Positions 1 through 9,858 of a stretch of DNA of 22,317 nucleotides are shown here, piece by piece (the stretch's first letter is position 1; every line of letters begins with the position of its first letter). Location: assembly GCA_046581755.1 (NCBI GenBank), contig JAYGFR010000384.1:1-22317 (forward strand). Direction: 5' to 3'. The stretch comes from Nitrospinota bacterium. Its GTDB lineage: Bacteria > UBA8248. The notes below the pieces were generated by a model, which was given only the letters and a program-made list of their open reading frames with translations, searched no databases and was not told the origin of the DNA. A program made the position numbers and the translations under genes.

Positions 1-139
1 AGGCGATCTCCTCGGCAAACCCCGACTCCGCCAGCCGCTTCGTGATCGCCGCCGTCAGCGTCGTCTTCCCATGGTCAACGTGTCCGATCGTCCCTACGTT
101 CACGTGCGGCTTTGTCCGCTCAAACTTCGCCTTCGCCAT
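1..139 (-). CDS. tuf: Elongation factor Tu, 5' part (runs off window edge)
   Basis: Minus strand from ATG at 139 reads [33 protein letters not shown] (EF-Tu P-loop). GGAG RBS upstream. Follows the tRNA Thr-Tyr-Gly-Thr cluster. Missing from the ORF track. Confidence 0.99.
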   Translation of the reverse strand, partial: MAKAKFERTKPHVNVGTIGHVDHGKTTLTAAITKRLAESGFAEEIA

Positions 140-197
140 GGTTTGATAGCTCCATCTGAAGAAAATGAAAAAATTCCGGGGTCCGCCCACGCCGCAG

Positions 198-273
<76 letters not shown>

Positions 274-442
274 GTGCTCTTTAAATTCGGCGCCGGACCT
301 TTTTCCTGCTCCCAACAATATAGAAGACGGGCCGCAGCAGCCTGCCTCGTCACCTAAACCCAATTACGCTTATCTTCGCCCGACCGTTTACGCCCGATCG
401 TTTGCACCTGGCGGGAACCCCGATCCGCCCGCCGTAACCTTT

Positions 443-518
<76 letters not shown>

Positions 519-562
519 CCAAGCCATCCAGCCGGATTTTTTGGCCGACTATCATTCACAAC

Positions 563-647
563 TGGTGGGGAGGGGAGGATTCGAACCTCCGAAGGCTGAG
601 CCGTCAGATTTACAGTCTGATCCCTTTAACCACTCGGGAACCTCCCC
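563..647 (-). tRNA. tRNA-Tyr(GTA)
   Basis: GGGGAGGTTCCCGAGTGGTTAAAGGG...CTGTAAA..., long variable arm, GGTTCGAATCC, ends ACCA; 85 nt. Confidence 0.98.
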
Positions 648-698
648 AGACCCGTATCGCTTATTGTACTGCGAAGGTTCCTTCGCGCCCCATGACCA

Positions 699-773
699 TG
701 GAGCTGGCGAGAGGAATTGAACCTCCGACCCGCTGATTACAAATCAGCCGCTCTACCGCTGAGCTACGCCAGC
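699..773 (-). tRNA. tRNA-Thr(TGT)
   Basis: GCTGGCGTAGCTCAGCGGTAGAGC...TTTGTAA...GGTTCAATTCC...AGCTCCA; 75 nt. Confidence 0.97.
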
Positions 774-780
774 CAGCAAA

Positions 781-817
781 GGCGCTGCAAAATAGGGCCA
801 ACCAAGATAGATGTCAA
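781..817 (-). promoter_or_regulatory. Sigma-70 promoter of the tRNA-tuf operon with GC-rich discriminator
   Basis: TTGACA (817-812), 17-bp spacer, TATTTT (794-789), then GCAGCGCC. The -35 box contains the rlmB stop codon. Confidence 0.8.
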
Positions 818-1605
818 GCCTTTGCGTACTCGGAGTCACGCGTTTTCCGGGGTTTACTCCCCCCCGCCCGGGATATGGTCTCATGGAGAAGAATTCCGGC
901 GGCAACCGACACATTCAGGGACATCACTATACCCCCAGAAACAGGAATTCGCACCCCCATATCGCATTTTTTCCGGACCAGCCGGCGAACGCCCTTGCCC
1001 TCTCCGCCCAGGACCAACGCGGTGGGCCAGGGCAACTGCGTTTCCCCCAGAACGGCCTCTCCCTCCGGGTCGCCCGCGACCGCCCAGTACCCGGCTTTTT
1101 TGACCGCCGAAACGGCCCGGGCCATGTTCGTCACCCGGGCCAGGGGAAGCGTCTCGACCCCCCCGGCCGCGGCCTTGACCACCGAGGGGGTTAAATCCAC
1201 CGCCGAATCCTTGGGCCACACCGCTCCCCCCGCTCCCAGGACCGCCGCCGTTCGGAGAATCGCGCCCAGATTCCGGGGGTCCTGAATTCCGTCGAGGAGA
1301 AGAATCGGGGGGCGCCCCGCGGGCTGGGCATCCAAAAATGCCTCCAGCGTGAGGATCGGGATCGGGTGAACCTCGGCCACCAGGCCTTGGTGCTGTGGGG
1401 TCTGGGCCATTTCCTCCAGGGCGGTGGAAGCGAATTCCACCACCGGAATTCCGGCCTTTTCCGTCAACTCGCGCGCCATTTCCGCCGGACGGCCCTTTCG
1501 CCCGCTCGCGATGAAAAGGCGCCGAACCCGATCCGGGCCCCGCTCCAGGGCCGCCAGGACAGCATGGACGCCGCAAATGACATCGCGCCCCTTTTTTTTC
1601 GCCAT
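814..1605 (-). CDS. rlmB: 23S rRNA (Gm2251) 2'-O-methyltransferase, SpoU family
   Basis: GxHAV, HQGLVA, LDGIQDPRNLGAILRTA, GGEGKG and SLNVSVAAGI motifs; directly downstream of cysS. Confidence 0.95.
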   Translation of the reverse strand: MAKKKGRDVICGVHAVLAALERGPDRVRRLFIASGRKGRPAEMARELTEKAGIPVVEFASTALEEMAQTPQHQGLVAEVHPIPILTLEAFLDAQPAGRPPILLLDGIQDPRNLGAILRTAAVLGAGGAVWPKDSAVDLTPSVVKAAAGGVETLPLARVTNMARAVSAVKKAGYWAVAGDPEGEAVLGETQLPWPTALVLGGEGKGVRRLVRKKCDMGVRIPVSGGIVMSLNVSVAAGILLHETISRAGGSKPRKTRDSEYAKA

Positions 1606-1606
1606 A

Positions 1607-3097
1607 TCAGGGCCTTCGCTTCCAAATCGTCCCCGAGGGGACGTCCTCTAATATGATCCCCGACGCAGTGAGTTCGTCCCGTATCCGGTCGGCTTCGGCA
1701 AAATCCTTGCGCTGCCGGGCATCGGACCTTCTCGATATAAGGTCGTCGATATCCCGGTCCGAAAGGTCGCCGTTGGCGGTCTCGGGGCCTCCGTCCGCCG
1801 CGCTGTCCGGCCGGGCCTCGCCCTCTCCCCTCTGGGACTGGCGGAACCACTCGTCCGGCTCCATCGTGAAAAGACCCAGAATTTTCCCGGCTTCTTCATA
1901 GGCATCGAGCGCCGGGCGGGCGGCCTCTTCGGGAATTTGCCAGCCCCCCTCCTGGAGGACGGCGTTAGATTCGCGCATGAAGTCGAACAGATGCCCCAGC
2001 CCCAGGGCGGTGTTGAAATCATCGTCCATCGCCCCGGTAAATTTCTCGATGAATTTCCGGGCCACCCCCTCCATCTTTTCCTTCAAGGCCTCCCCGCCGC
2101 CGGGTGCATTCCGCCGGAGACGGAGAATCGAGTTGTAGAGGCGGTCCAGGCCCTTTCTCGCCTCCAGCATCACCTGATCCGAGTAGTCCACCGGATGGCG
2201 GTAGTGGGTTCCCAGAAGGAAGAACCGGACCACCTCGGCGGGATGCTCCTTGAGAATCGCCTTGATGGTAAAGAAATTTCCCCTCGACTTGCTCATCTTC
2301 TCGTGGTTGATGTGAACCATTCCGTTGTGCATCCAATAGCGTACCCAACTGTGGCCGGTGCACCCTTCGCTCTGGGCGATCTCGTTTTCGTGGTGCGGGA
2401 AAACCAGGTCGTTTCCGCCCCCGTGGATATCGAAGCTCTCCCCCAGGTAGCGGCTGGACATGACCGAGCATCCAATATGCCATCCCGGGCGCCCATCCCC
2501 CCAAGGGCTCTCCCAGGACGGCTCTTCCGGCTTCGAGGCTTTCCAAAGGGCGAAATCCAGAGGGTTTTTTTTGCCCTCGCCGGGCTCGATCCGGTAGCCT
2601 GACTCCAGATCCTCGGTGTTGCGCCTGGAAAGCTTTCCGTATCCCTCGAATTTCGAGATGTCGTAGTAGACATCCCCGCTCTCGGCCCGGTAGGCGATTC
2701 CCTTTTCCTCCAGGCGGCGGATCATCTCGATCATATCGGGAATATGTTCGGTCGCCCGGGGAGATATGTCCGCCCGCTGGACGCCGAGGGCGTCCATGTC
2801 CTTGTAGTATTCCTGGATGTACTCCTCGGTCAGTTCGCCGGTCGAAATCTTCCGGCGGTTGGCGCGGACAATGATCTTGTCGTCGATGTCGGTGAAATTG
2901 CAGACGAAAGTGACTCGCTGGCCCCGGTAATTCAGGTAGCGGCGGATGACGTCGAAAACGATGCCGGCGCGGGCGTGGCCCAGGTGGCAGTGGTCGTAGA
3001 CCGTCACCCCGCAGACGTATATTTTCACGTGGCCTAGCTCGAGCGTCTCGAGCAGTTCCTTGCGCCGGGTCATGGTGTTGAAAAGCTGGATGGGCAA
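1607..3097 (-). CDS. cysS: Cysteine--tRNA ligase
   Basis: [13 protein letters not shown] (HIGH-type), [27 protein letters not shown] and KMSKS motifs. Likely TTG start at 3097 with GGAG RBS; the track starts at 3136. Confidence 0.97.
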   Translation of the reverse strand: MPIQLFNTMTRRKELLETLELGHVKIYVCGVTVYDHCHLGHARAGIVFDVIRRYLNYRGQRVTFVCNFTDIDDKIIVRANRRKISTGELTEEYIQEYYKDMDALGVQRADISPRATEHIPDMIEMIRRLEEKGIAYRAESGDVYYDISKFEGYGKLSRRNTEDLESGYRIEPGEGKKNPLDFALWKASKPEEPSWESPWGDGRPGWHIGCSVMSSRYLGESFDIHGGGNDLVFPHHENEIAQSEGCTGHSWVRYWMHNGMVHINHEKMSKSRGNFFTIKAILKEHPAEVVRFFLLGTHYRHPVDYSDQVMLEARKGLDRLYNSILRLRRNAPGGGEALKEKMEGVARKFIEKFTGAMDDDFNTALGLGHLFDFMRESNAVLQEGGWQIPEEAARPALDAYEEAGKILGLFTMEPDEWFRQSQRGEGEARPDSAADGGPETANGDLSDRDIDDLISRRSDARQRKDFAEADRIRDELTASGIILEDVPSGTIWKRRP

Positions 3098-3189
3098 CGG
3101 GAAAACTCCACAAAGCGAAAAAGACGGCGCCGGCATCCAGCCGGCGGATTCCTCAAGGGCGAGAATTTGTCATGCGGGCGGGAGAGACG

Positions 3190-3672
3190 TCAAGGCCGCT
3201 TCTCGCGGAGGGTGCAAACCGCCTGGGCGGCGATGCCCTCCCCCCGTCCGGTGAAGCCCAAACCCTCGCTGGTTGTCGCCTTGACGCCCACGGAATCCTC
3301 GGGCAGCCCAAGCGCCGCCGCCAGCCTTTTTCGCATTTCTGCGACGTGAGGCGCGAGCTTGGGGCGCTCGGCGATGACCACCGTATCGACGTTGTGGGGA
3401 ACCAGCCCGCGCCCGGCCGCCATGGCCACCACCTCCCGGAGAAGGTCCAGGCTGTCCGCGCCCGCGTAGCGCGCGTCCGAATCGGGGAAATGCGTTCCGA
3501 TATCCCCCAGGGCGGCGGCGCCCAATATCGCGTCGCAAACCGCATGCGCGAGAACATCCGCGTCGGAATGGCCGGCTAGGCCCTTATCGAAAGGGATTTC
3601 CACCCCCCCGAGGATAAGCGGCCGCCCCGCCTCGAGGCGGTGGACATCGAAACCGGTGCCGATGCGGATCAA
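3190..3672 (-). CDS. ispF: 2-C-methyl-D-erythritol 2,4-cyclodiphosphate synthase
   Basis: [25 protein letters not shown] and [16 protein letters not shown] motifs; TTG start overlaps the ispD stop. Confidence 0.97.
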   Translation of the reverse strand: MIRIGTGFDVHRLEAGRPLILGGVEIPFDKGLAGHSDADVLAHAVCDAILGAAALGDIGTHFPDSDARYAGADSLDLLREVVAMAAGRGLVPHNVDTVVIAERPKLAPHVAEMRKRLAAALGLPEDSVGVKATTSEGLGFTGRGEGIAAQAVCTLREKRP

Positions 3673-4406
3673 TCGGCGCCCTCCGAGGCCACAAAAGCGG
3701 CGCCAGCCGCCTCCCGGCGGGCCAGAAACGATTCCGCCCAGGCCAGATCCCCGGGCGTGGTGATCTTGAGATTGGACCTGGCGCCCGGAACGAGCTTCAC
3801 CCGGACACCCGCGGCCTCCAGCAGGGCGGCCTCATCGGTGGCCTGAAAATCATTCTCGGCGGCCAGCCGCATCGCCCGCTCGAGCAAATCCCGCCGGGCC
3901 ACCTGGGGCGTCTGGGCCAGCCAGAGACTCTCCCGCGGTACGGTCTCCGCCACGAAATCTCCGCTCCCGGCCTGCTTGAGGGTATCCGAAACGGGCAAAG
4001 CGGCGATCGAGGCCCCGCTCTCTAGGGCCCCGGCAAGGCAGGCCTCGATGAGGCCGGAGGGAAGCAACGGGCGGGCGCCATCGTGGACAGCCACCCATTC
4101 GGCCCCCTCGGGCAGCGCGGCCAGCCCGTTCGCGACGGAATCCTGCCGGCGGGCGCCCCCGGCCACCACACGGACGAATACGGTAAGCCCCTCGGGCACC
4201 TCGAACGAATCCATCCCGTAGGGCGGGAGCACCAACACCATACTGCCCACGCGGCCATCCGCCGCGAGGCGGAGGAGGGTATGGTGGAGAAGGGGAATTC
4301 CGGCCAGCAGGCGGAACTGCTTGGCCACAGGGCCGGGCATGCGCTCGCCCAGACCGGCCGCCGGAACGACGGCCCCCACTTTCTCGGGCGGTGGAATTGA
4401 GGTCAT
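3669..4406 (-). CDS. ispD: 2-C-methyl-D-erythritol 4-phosphate cytidylyltransferase
   Basis: [33 protein letters not shown] and [10 protein letters not shown] motifs. Confidence 0.96.
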   Translation of the reverse strand: MTSIPPPEKVGAVVPAAGLGERMPGPVAKQFRLLAGIPLLHHTLLRLAADGRVGSMVLVLPPYGMDSFEVPEGLTVFVRVVAGGARRQDSVANGLAALPEGAEWVAVHDGARPLLPSGLIEACLAGALESGASIAALPVSDTLKQAGSGDFVAETVPRESLWLAQTPQVARRDLLERAMRLAAENDFQATDEAALLEAAGVRVKLVPGARSNLKITTPGDLAWAESFLARREAAGAAFVASEGAD

Positions 4407-4446
4407 ATGAAAATTACACCCGCTAAAAAACCGCCAGAGGCCGCCC

Positions 4447-5535
4447 TCAGGCGCCGTTCCGGTTCGATTCGGAATCGTCCTTGATCTTGGTGAAAATCAT
4501 CCGTCCCGCGGTGGTTTGCAAAACACTGGTCACCGAGACGGAGACCTTGTCGCCGATGTGATCGCGGGCCTGATCGACGACCACCATGGTCCCGTCGTCG
4601 AGATACCCGACACCTTGGCCGAATTCCTTGCCCTCCTTCAGGACAAGAACGCTCATGATCTCGCCCGGCAGGACGACGGGCTTCACCGCGTTTGCCAACT
4701 CGTTGATGTTGAGAACCGATACGCCCTGGAGCTCGGCCACTTTGTTCAGGTTAAAGTCGTTCGTCATGACCTTGCCGCCCGTCTCCTTGGCCAGGAGAAC
4801 GAGCTTTGAATCCACCTCCCGGACCCTGGAAAAATCGGTGTCCACGATCCGGATGTCCAGCTCGGGGTTTTGCTGGATTTTCTTGAGAATCTCCAAACCG
4901 CGGCGGCCCCGGTTCCGCTTGAGCGAGTCCGAGGAGTCGGCGATTTGCTGGAGCTCATGGAGGACAAACTGGGGCAGGATCAACGGGCCATCCAGAAAAC
5001 CGGCCTCGCAAATATCGGCGATCCGGCCGTCGATGATAACGCTCGTATCGAGAATTTTCTCGATCGGGGAGTCCGAGGACCGGCCCTGATCGGCCACTTC
5101 CTTCGGCACGGCGCGGCGCCCCCCGTGGGCGGCGCCGACCGTGTTGGCCACATAAGCGCATATGAGGCCGACCAGAATTCCGGCGATGGGTCTCGAGGAG
5201 GGCGGCACGTTTTCGCCGATTACCGCCATGACGGCAAACGTGGCGCCGATTCCGATGATCAGCCCGGCGAGCCCCCCGACAATCGAACCCAGGCCGGTCC
5301 GAATGAGGCGGTCCACGAAACAAAACGACCAAAGCGCGGCCAGCCCGCCCGCCGCCGCGCCCACGGCCATACCCCGAACCGTCGAATAAAGAGAAAGCCC
5401 TAAAAATGCGCCCAGCATGGTTGCGGTGGCCAAGACCATCAGCCGGCCGCCGAGATGATATCGCCTTGGCCGACCCTTTTTCTTCTCCCCCGACTTCAAA
5501 GGCCCCGCTCTCGAACTCTGGTCCATTTCCTTCAT
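4447..5535 (-). CDS. PIN/TRAM domain membrane protein (YacL-like)
   Basis: N-terminal TM helices, [13 protein letters not shown] (PIN), [29 protein letters not shown] and [14 protein letters not shown] (TRAM). ATG at 5535 follows GGAGGT. Usual position upstream of ispD. Confidence 0.92.
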   Translation of the reverse strand: MKEMDQSSRAGPLKSGEKKKGRPRRYHLGGRLMVLATATMLGAFLGLSLYSTVRGMAVGAAAGGLAALWSFCFVDRLIRTGLGSIVGGLAGLIIGIGATFAVMAVIGENVPPSSRPIAGILVGLICAYVANTVGAAHGGRRAVPKEVADQGRSSDSPIEKILDTSVIIDGRIADICEAGFLDGPLILPQFVLHELQQIADSSDSLKRNRGRRGLEILKKIQQNPELDIRIVDTDFSRVREVDSKLVLLAKETGGKVMTNDFNLNKVAELQGVSVLNINELANAVKPVVLPGEIMSVLVLKEGKEFGQGVGYLDDGTMVVVDQARDHIGDKVSVSVTSVLQTTAGRMIFTKIKDDSESNRNGA

Positions 5536-5584
5536 GATCCCACCTCCCGGCGGAAGGGGCAGCATTAAGATATACGAAGAATGA

Positions 5585-6070
5585 CTACTCCCCTTCTCTT
5601 ATGAATGTTCCACTCTTGCCGCCCGATTTTTTCATCAAGCGGATGCTCGAAATGGTGATTTCTTTGTCCACAGCCTTGCACATGTCATAAACCGTCAACG
5701 CGGCCACGCTGACCGCTGTCATGGCCTCCATCTCGACCCCGGTCCTGTCCCGCGCCCGGACGGTTCCCTCCACCTCGAGGGAGCCCTCCTCCTCGGAGGG
5801 CTCAAACCGCACCTCCACACTGGTCAGGCGCAGGGGATGGCACATCGGGATCAAATCCGGGCAATGCTTGGCAGCCATGACGCCCGCGATGCGCGCCGTT
5901 CCCAAAACATCCCCCTTAGGTAGCCCGCCCTCGAGAATCAGGCGAAGGGTTTCGGGCTTCATGTCCACCCGGCCCCGGGCAACCGCCTCCCTGAAGGTTT
6001 CCGGCTTTTCCCCCACCTCGACCATCCGGGCCTGGCCCTTTTCGTCGATATGGGATAGTTCTTTCGGCAT
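5585..6070 (-). CDS. moaC: Cyclic pyranopterin monophosphate synthase
   Basis: [41 protein letters not shown] and YDMCKAVD motifs; start revised to 6070. Confidence 0.96.
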   Translation of the reverse strand: MPKELSHIDEKGQARMVEVGEKPETFREAVARGRVDMKPETLRLILEGGLPKGDVLGTARIAGVMAAKHCPDLIPMCHPLRLTSVEVRFEPSEEEGSLEVEGTVRARDRTGVEMEAMTAVSVAALTVYDMCKAVDKEITISSIRLMKKSGGKSGTFIREGE

Positions 6071-6134
6071 CGCGCCCCCAAAATCAGAAAAATCAACCGA
6101 TTCCCTTGGCCTTCCATCAACGCAACCGAAAATC

Positions 6135-6163
6135 ATTATACATCCCCCCGGACATAATCGGAA
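6135..6163 (-). promoter_or_regulatory. Putative sigma-70 promoter for the moaC-PIN/TRAM-ispDF-cysS-rlmB run
   Basis: TTCCGA (6163-6158), 17 bp, perfect TATAAT (6140-6135), AT-rich upstream region. Confidence 0.55.
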
Positions 6164-6337
6164 TATTTTTGACTCTTGGTGGGAAAAGAAAACATAGGCG
6201 AAAAAATTGCAACTCATTAATAACAAATATGTTACATCATAATCAAGGGTGAATCGAAGGAGAGTGAGCGGCTGGTTGCCCCGGGGAGGCACGGAATCGG
6301 AGGCCAGACACAGCCGGCCGCCGGGGGGGGATGCGCC

Positions 6338-6892
6338 CTAGAGCTTGGGCAGGGTGAGTCCCTTCTGTTTCTGGTATTTCCCTTTTTTGTCCGCATAGGA
6401 AATCTGACACACCTCATCGCTCTCGAAAAAGAGCACCTGGGCGATTCCTTCGTTCGCGTAAATCTTGGCTGGAAGCGGGGTCGTGTTGGATATCTCAAGG
6501 GTGACATAGCCTTCCCATTCGGGTTCGAAAGGGGTGACGTTCACGATAATCCCGCAGCGCGCGTAGGTGCTCTTGCCCACACAAAGCGTCAGGATATTCC
6601 TCGGAATCCGAAAGTATTCGACCGTCCGCGCTAGCGCGAATGAATTCGGTGGAATGATGCAGGTGTCCGCGCTGCTTGAGACCAGGGAGCCTTCATCGAA
6701 ATTTTTCGGGTCCACGATAGTGGAGTTGACGTTGGTGAAAATATTGAACTCATTGGCGATCCGGATATCGTAGCCGTACGAGGAGACGCCATAGGAAATC
6801 TTTCCGTTCCGCACCTGTTCCGCCTCGAACGGTTCGATCATCCGCTTCTCGCGGGCCATCTCGATGATCCACCGATCACTCTTGATACTCAT
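6338..6892 (-). CDS. dcd: dCTP deaminase
   Basis: [43 protein letters not shown] and YANEGIAQ motifs. Confidence 0.97.
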   Translation of the reverse strand: MSIKSDRWIIEMAREKRMIEPFEAEQVRNGKISYGVSSYGYDIRIANEFNIFTNVNSTIVDPKNFDEGSLVSSSADTCIIPPNSFALARTVEYFRIPRNILTLCVGKSTYARCGIIVNVTPFEPEWEGYVTLEISNTTPLPAKIYANEGIAQVLFFESDEVCQISYADKKGKYQKQKGLTLPKL

Positions 6893-7100
6893 ATTGCCTC
6901 ATTGCCTCCCGGTGCCGCACAAATCCGGATATGGAGCCAACCCCCTGGAATTGATGCCCTGGATTCGAATGGAGGAGGGAAAGCCTCTGGGGGCGGGAAG
7001 AGACACCACTCCCCCCTGCCCCCCAGAGCACGCGCCTCTGCCCGCCCGAAAGCAGGGGCGTGTGATTCGTAGGTCCGGTTCAAACTGATGGGGGGATTGA

Positions 7101-7158
7101 ATCACAATATATAGTACAGGGTCAAGAAAAAATACCTCTTAAACCACAAGATATTGTG
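7101..7158. promoter_or_regulatory. Tandem NrdR boxes overlapping the putative dcd promoter
   Basis: atCACAATATATAGTa (7101-7116) and acCACAAGATATTGTg (7143-7158), 42 bp apart. TTGACC -35 at 7125-7120 and TGaTTCAAT extended -10 on the minus strand. Confidence 0.75.
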
Positions 7159-7208
7159 GATAAGAAGTGGATAGCCCAGGGAGGAATTTGTGGAAAAGAT
7201 GTGGAAGA
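7155..7208. promoter_or_regulatory. DnaA box cluster
   Basis: TGTGGATAA (7155, perfect), AGTGGATAG (7166), TGTGGAAAA (7189) and TGTGGAAGA (7200); same orientation, two pairs with 11-bp period. Confidence 0.7.
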
Positions 7209-7277
7209 AACCGCCGCGCGGTCTTTTCGATAAAGCAGAGACGGCAGGTTCGGGGAAATGCCGGGAAGCCCGTGAAC

Positions 7278-8171
7278 CTAACGGAGGCGCCCGGGGTAGA
7301 GGACGGTCTTTCCCTCGCGCCTGAGCTTTCGCAGGAGGCTTTCGTAGGCATGGCGGCGGCGCGTTTCGAAGATCATTTCCTTCACTTCTTCCTTCACATC
7401 ATCGAAAACGGCGTCGGCATCCTCCCGCCGCTCGGTGACCCGAACGATTTGCCACCCCACCGGGGTTTTGATCGGCCCGCTCACCTCCCCGACCGGCAAG
7501 GCAAACGCCGCTTTTTCGAGATTCCGATCGAACTCCCCGCGCCGCACAATTCCCAGGGCGCCGCCTCTTTTTCGGGAAGATTCGAAAATGGAGCGCCTCC
7601 GGGCGACCTCCCCGAAGGATGCGCCGCCGCGAATCTCCCGGAGAGCCTTTATCGCCTCGGCCTCCGATCTCACAACGAGGTGGCTGAGCCGGACGAAGGC
7701 CTTTCGCCTGAACCGCTTCCGGTTGGCCCGGAAGTATTCACGAACTTCTTCCTCTCTGGCGGGCTTGATCCCCTTCAAAATGTTTTCGATCAGCACCCGG
7801 ATCAGTATCTGCCTCCGGGCGAGGCGGATTTTCGCCTGAACCCGGGTCGAAAAGTCCAGCTTCCTGCGGAGCGCCTCCTGGAAAAGCAGTTCGGTTTGAA
7901 GAAAACGCTCGAGAAATCGCTTGCCATCCTCCAGCGCGGTCACCCCCACCTCCGGCGGCAGTGCCCCCATCTGGTCCGCCACCATCGCGAGCGTAATCTT
8001 CCGGCCGTTGACCTCGGCCACCACGGTGCGCGAGGGGGTTTTCTTTTGGGTATCCGGTTTCCGCCGGAGCATTTCAGGAATGGCGCCGGCTTCGGCGTCC
8101 ATGGGCGCGGCGGCGGCTATCAGGGCCATGCACAAAAATACCGATCCCATCAATCTGCGAATAACATTCAT
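7278..8171 (-). CDS. Exported PpiC/parvulin-type peptidyl-prolyl isomerase (PrsA/SurA-like)
   Basis: Signal peptide, VVAEVNGRKIT, SHLVVRSEAEA, GASFGEVARRRS, GGALG and GEVSGPIKTPVGWQI motifs. Start estimated at 8171; the track extension overlaps the upstream gene. Confidence 0.88.
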   Translation of the reverse strand: MNVIRRLMGSVFLCMALIAAAAPMDAEAGAIPEMLRRKPDTQKKTPSRTVVAEVNGRKITLAMVADQMGALPPEVGVTALEDGKRFLERFLQTELLFQEALRRKLDFSTRVQAKIRLARRQILIRVLIENILKGIKPAREEEVREYFRANRKRFRRKAFVRLSHLVVRSEAEAIKALREIRGGASFGEVARRRSIFESSRKRGGALGIVRRGEFDRNLEKAAFALPVGEVSGPIKTPVGWQIVRVTERREDADAVFDDVKEEVKEMIFETRRRHAYESLLRKLRREGKTVLYPGRLR

Positions 8172-8209
8172 GGCCGCATTTCTCCGCCGGGGGGCGCTGG
8201 AAATATCCA

Positions 8210-8740
8210 TCAGACGCCGAACTGGCGGCCGATATATTGATAGACCGAATCGTGCATGAACTCTCGCTCGACATGGAGCGCCATGACGCATTCCTCGAAC
8301 CGGTCGGTCAGCTTCCGGAAAAATCGGGCCGACGGACGAAGAGCGTCGATTTCGGCGACATGATAGTAGGCGGCTTTCCCCTGCGAAACGTAAAACTGGG
8401 GATTCTTTTTCCGGTACTCGAGGTTTTCGGGATAAAGTCCGGTGAAGAAAAGACAAACGTCTCCCATCTGCTTTTTCAGTTCGCGCATGGAAGTATTTTC
8501 CATCCCCTGCGCTTCGGTGAGAAAATCCATGACATGCTCCATCCGGCCGCCCGTTTTACAGCTTTTTCTGAATAGCTGATCGACATGCACGAACCGCAAG
8601 AGCATTTTCCACACGTAATCGATAATTTCGCCGTCGCGGACCCCGACGGCATCAAACGCCGATTCCGTCGAGGAGCGGAAAAAACGGCCGAGCGAATGGG
8701 ATTCGGGTATCGGGGCGGCCTGGCTTGCGCAGCTCATCAT
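8210..8740 (-). CDS. Conserved hypothetical protein
   Basis: GGGAGG RBS; protein-like composition with GDVCLFFTGLYPE...YVSQGKAAY motif; fits the operon. Confidence 0.75.
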   Translation of the reverse strand: MMSCASQAAPIPESHSLGRFFRSSTESAFDAVGVRDGEIIDYVWKMLLRFVHVDQLFRKSCKTGGRMEHVMDFLTEAQGMENTSMRELKKQMGDVCLFFTGLYPENLEYRKKNPQFYVSQGKAAYYHVAEIDALRPSARFFRKLTDRFEECVMALHVEREFMHDSVYQYIGRQFGV

Positions 8741-8844
8741 TCATCCTCCCTTCAAGCGGGCGATTCCAAAGCACGGCCCATGTTATGGAACATTCCGCTC
8801 ACGAGTCAAATTCCCGGATTTGGCCATCTGCGCGGCCTTTGAAT

Positions 8845-9807
8845 TCACATGAAAAAGGCTGTCAGAAGAACCAGATAAACCCCGTAGATCGAAGCGAAAA
8901 CGATGCCGCTGGCGCGGCCGATCCCCCCCCGGAAGCCGGCCAGGAAATAAACGAGCAGCATCAAGGCGATCATGACCGGAAAATCGAGGATGAACATTTG
9001 CCGCTCGATGCCGAGCGGGAGGATCACCGCCGATCCGCCGAGAACCAGGGTGATGTTGAGCAGATTGGCGCCGATGACATTGCCCACCGCGATGTCTCCG
9101 TGCCCGCGAAGAGACGATGTGATGGCCGTGATCAACTCAGGCAGGGATGTTCCGAGCGCGACCAGGGTCAGCCCGATCACCAGTTCGGAAACCCCGGCCG
9201 CGCGGGCCAGCACGGCGGCATTTTGAACGATCAAAACGCTGCCGCCGACGACGCATGCGCCCCCGATCAGGAACTGCCGGAGGATCGGCCCCCAGCCGTG
9301 CGGGTTCGGGCCCGGTTCGGAGTTTCCATCGTTCCAGCCCGAGCGCCGGACCATGAGCCAGAGATAGGCGGCCGTTCCGGCCAGGAGAAGCGCCCCCTCC
9401 CATCTCACGAGTTGGCCGTCCCAGGCCAAAAGAACGATAGCGGCGCCGGCCGCCGTCATGGACAACCCCTGAAGGCGGGCCGTGGCCTTTTCGATTTTCA
9501 CCGGCTGAATCGCGGCCGCCAGCGCCAGGATGAGGCCGATGTTGATAATCGTTGAGCCCACCGCGTTGCCGACCGATGTGGCGGGGCGGCCCAAAAATGC
9601 CGCCATGAAGGATACGCTGACCTCGGGCGATGTCGTCGCGAGGCTGACCACGGTCGCGCCGATAAAAATTTTCGGAACCCCCGTCGCGTCGGCGATTCCC
9701 ACCGCCCCTTCGGTGAACCATTCGGCCCCCTTGAGAACGACGGCCAAGCCCGCCAGAAACGTGAGCAAGTTCAGCCACAGCGGCAGGTTTTGAAAAAAAG
9801 ATCCCAC
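8845..9807 (-). CDS. Ca2+/Na+ antiporter (CaCA, YrbG-like)
   Basis: Two alpha repeats (ATTSPE...GNAVGSTIIN and GTSLPE...GNVIGANLLN); about 10 TM helices. Confidence 0.93.
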   Translation of the reverse strand: MGSFFQNLPLWLNLLTFLAGLAVVLKGAEWFTEGAVGIADATGVPKIFIGATVVSLATTSPEVSVSFMAAFLGRPATSVGNAVGSTIINIGLILALAAAIQPVKIEKATARLQGLSMTAAGAAIVLLAWDGQLVRWEGALLLAGTAAYLWLMVRRSGWNDGNSEPGPNPHGWGPILRQFLIGGACVVGGSVLIVQNAAVLARAAGVSELVIGLTLVALGTSLPELITAITSSLRGHGDIAVGNVIGANLLNITLVLGGSAVILPLGIERQMFILDFPVMIALMLLVYFLAGFRGGIGRASGIVFASIYGVYLVLLTAFFM

Positions 9808-9858
9808 GCGAACGAATTCCCCCGGCGAATCTCCGGCTCTGGTCCGGAGCGCAAAAAT

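Noticed and set aside
3190..4406. Frameshifted IspDF fusion
   Set aside because: Both ORFs are complete, and the TTGA stop/start overlap is ordinary translational coupling.
7140..7210. DnaA box cluster as oriC
   Set aside because: Only one perfect box, no dnaA/dnaN/gidA nearby and no clear unwinding element. A promoter role alongside the NrdR boxes explains it better.
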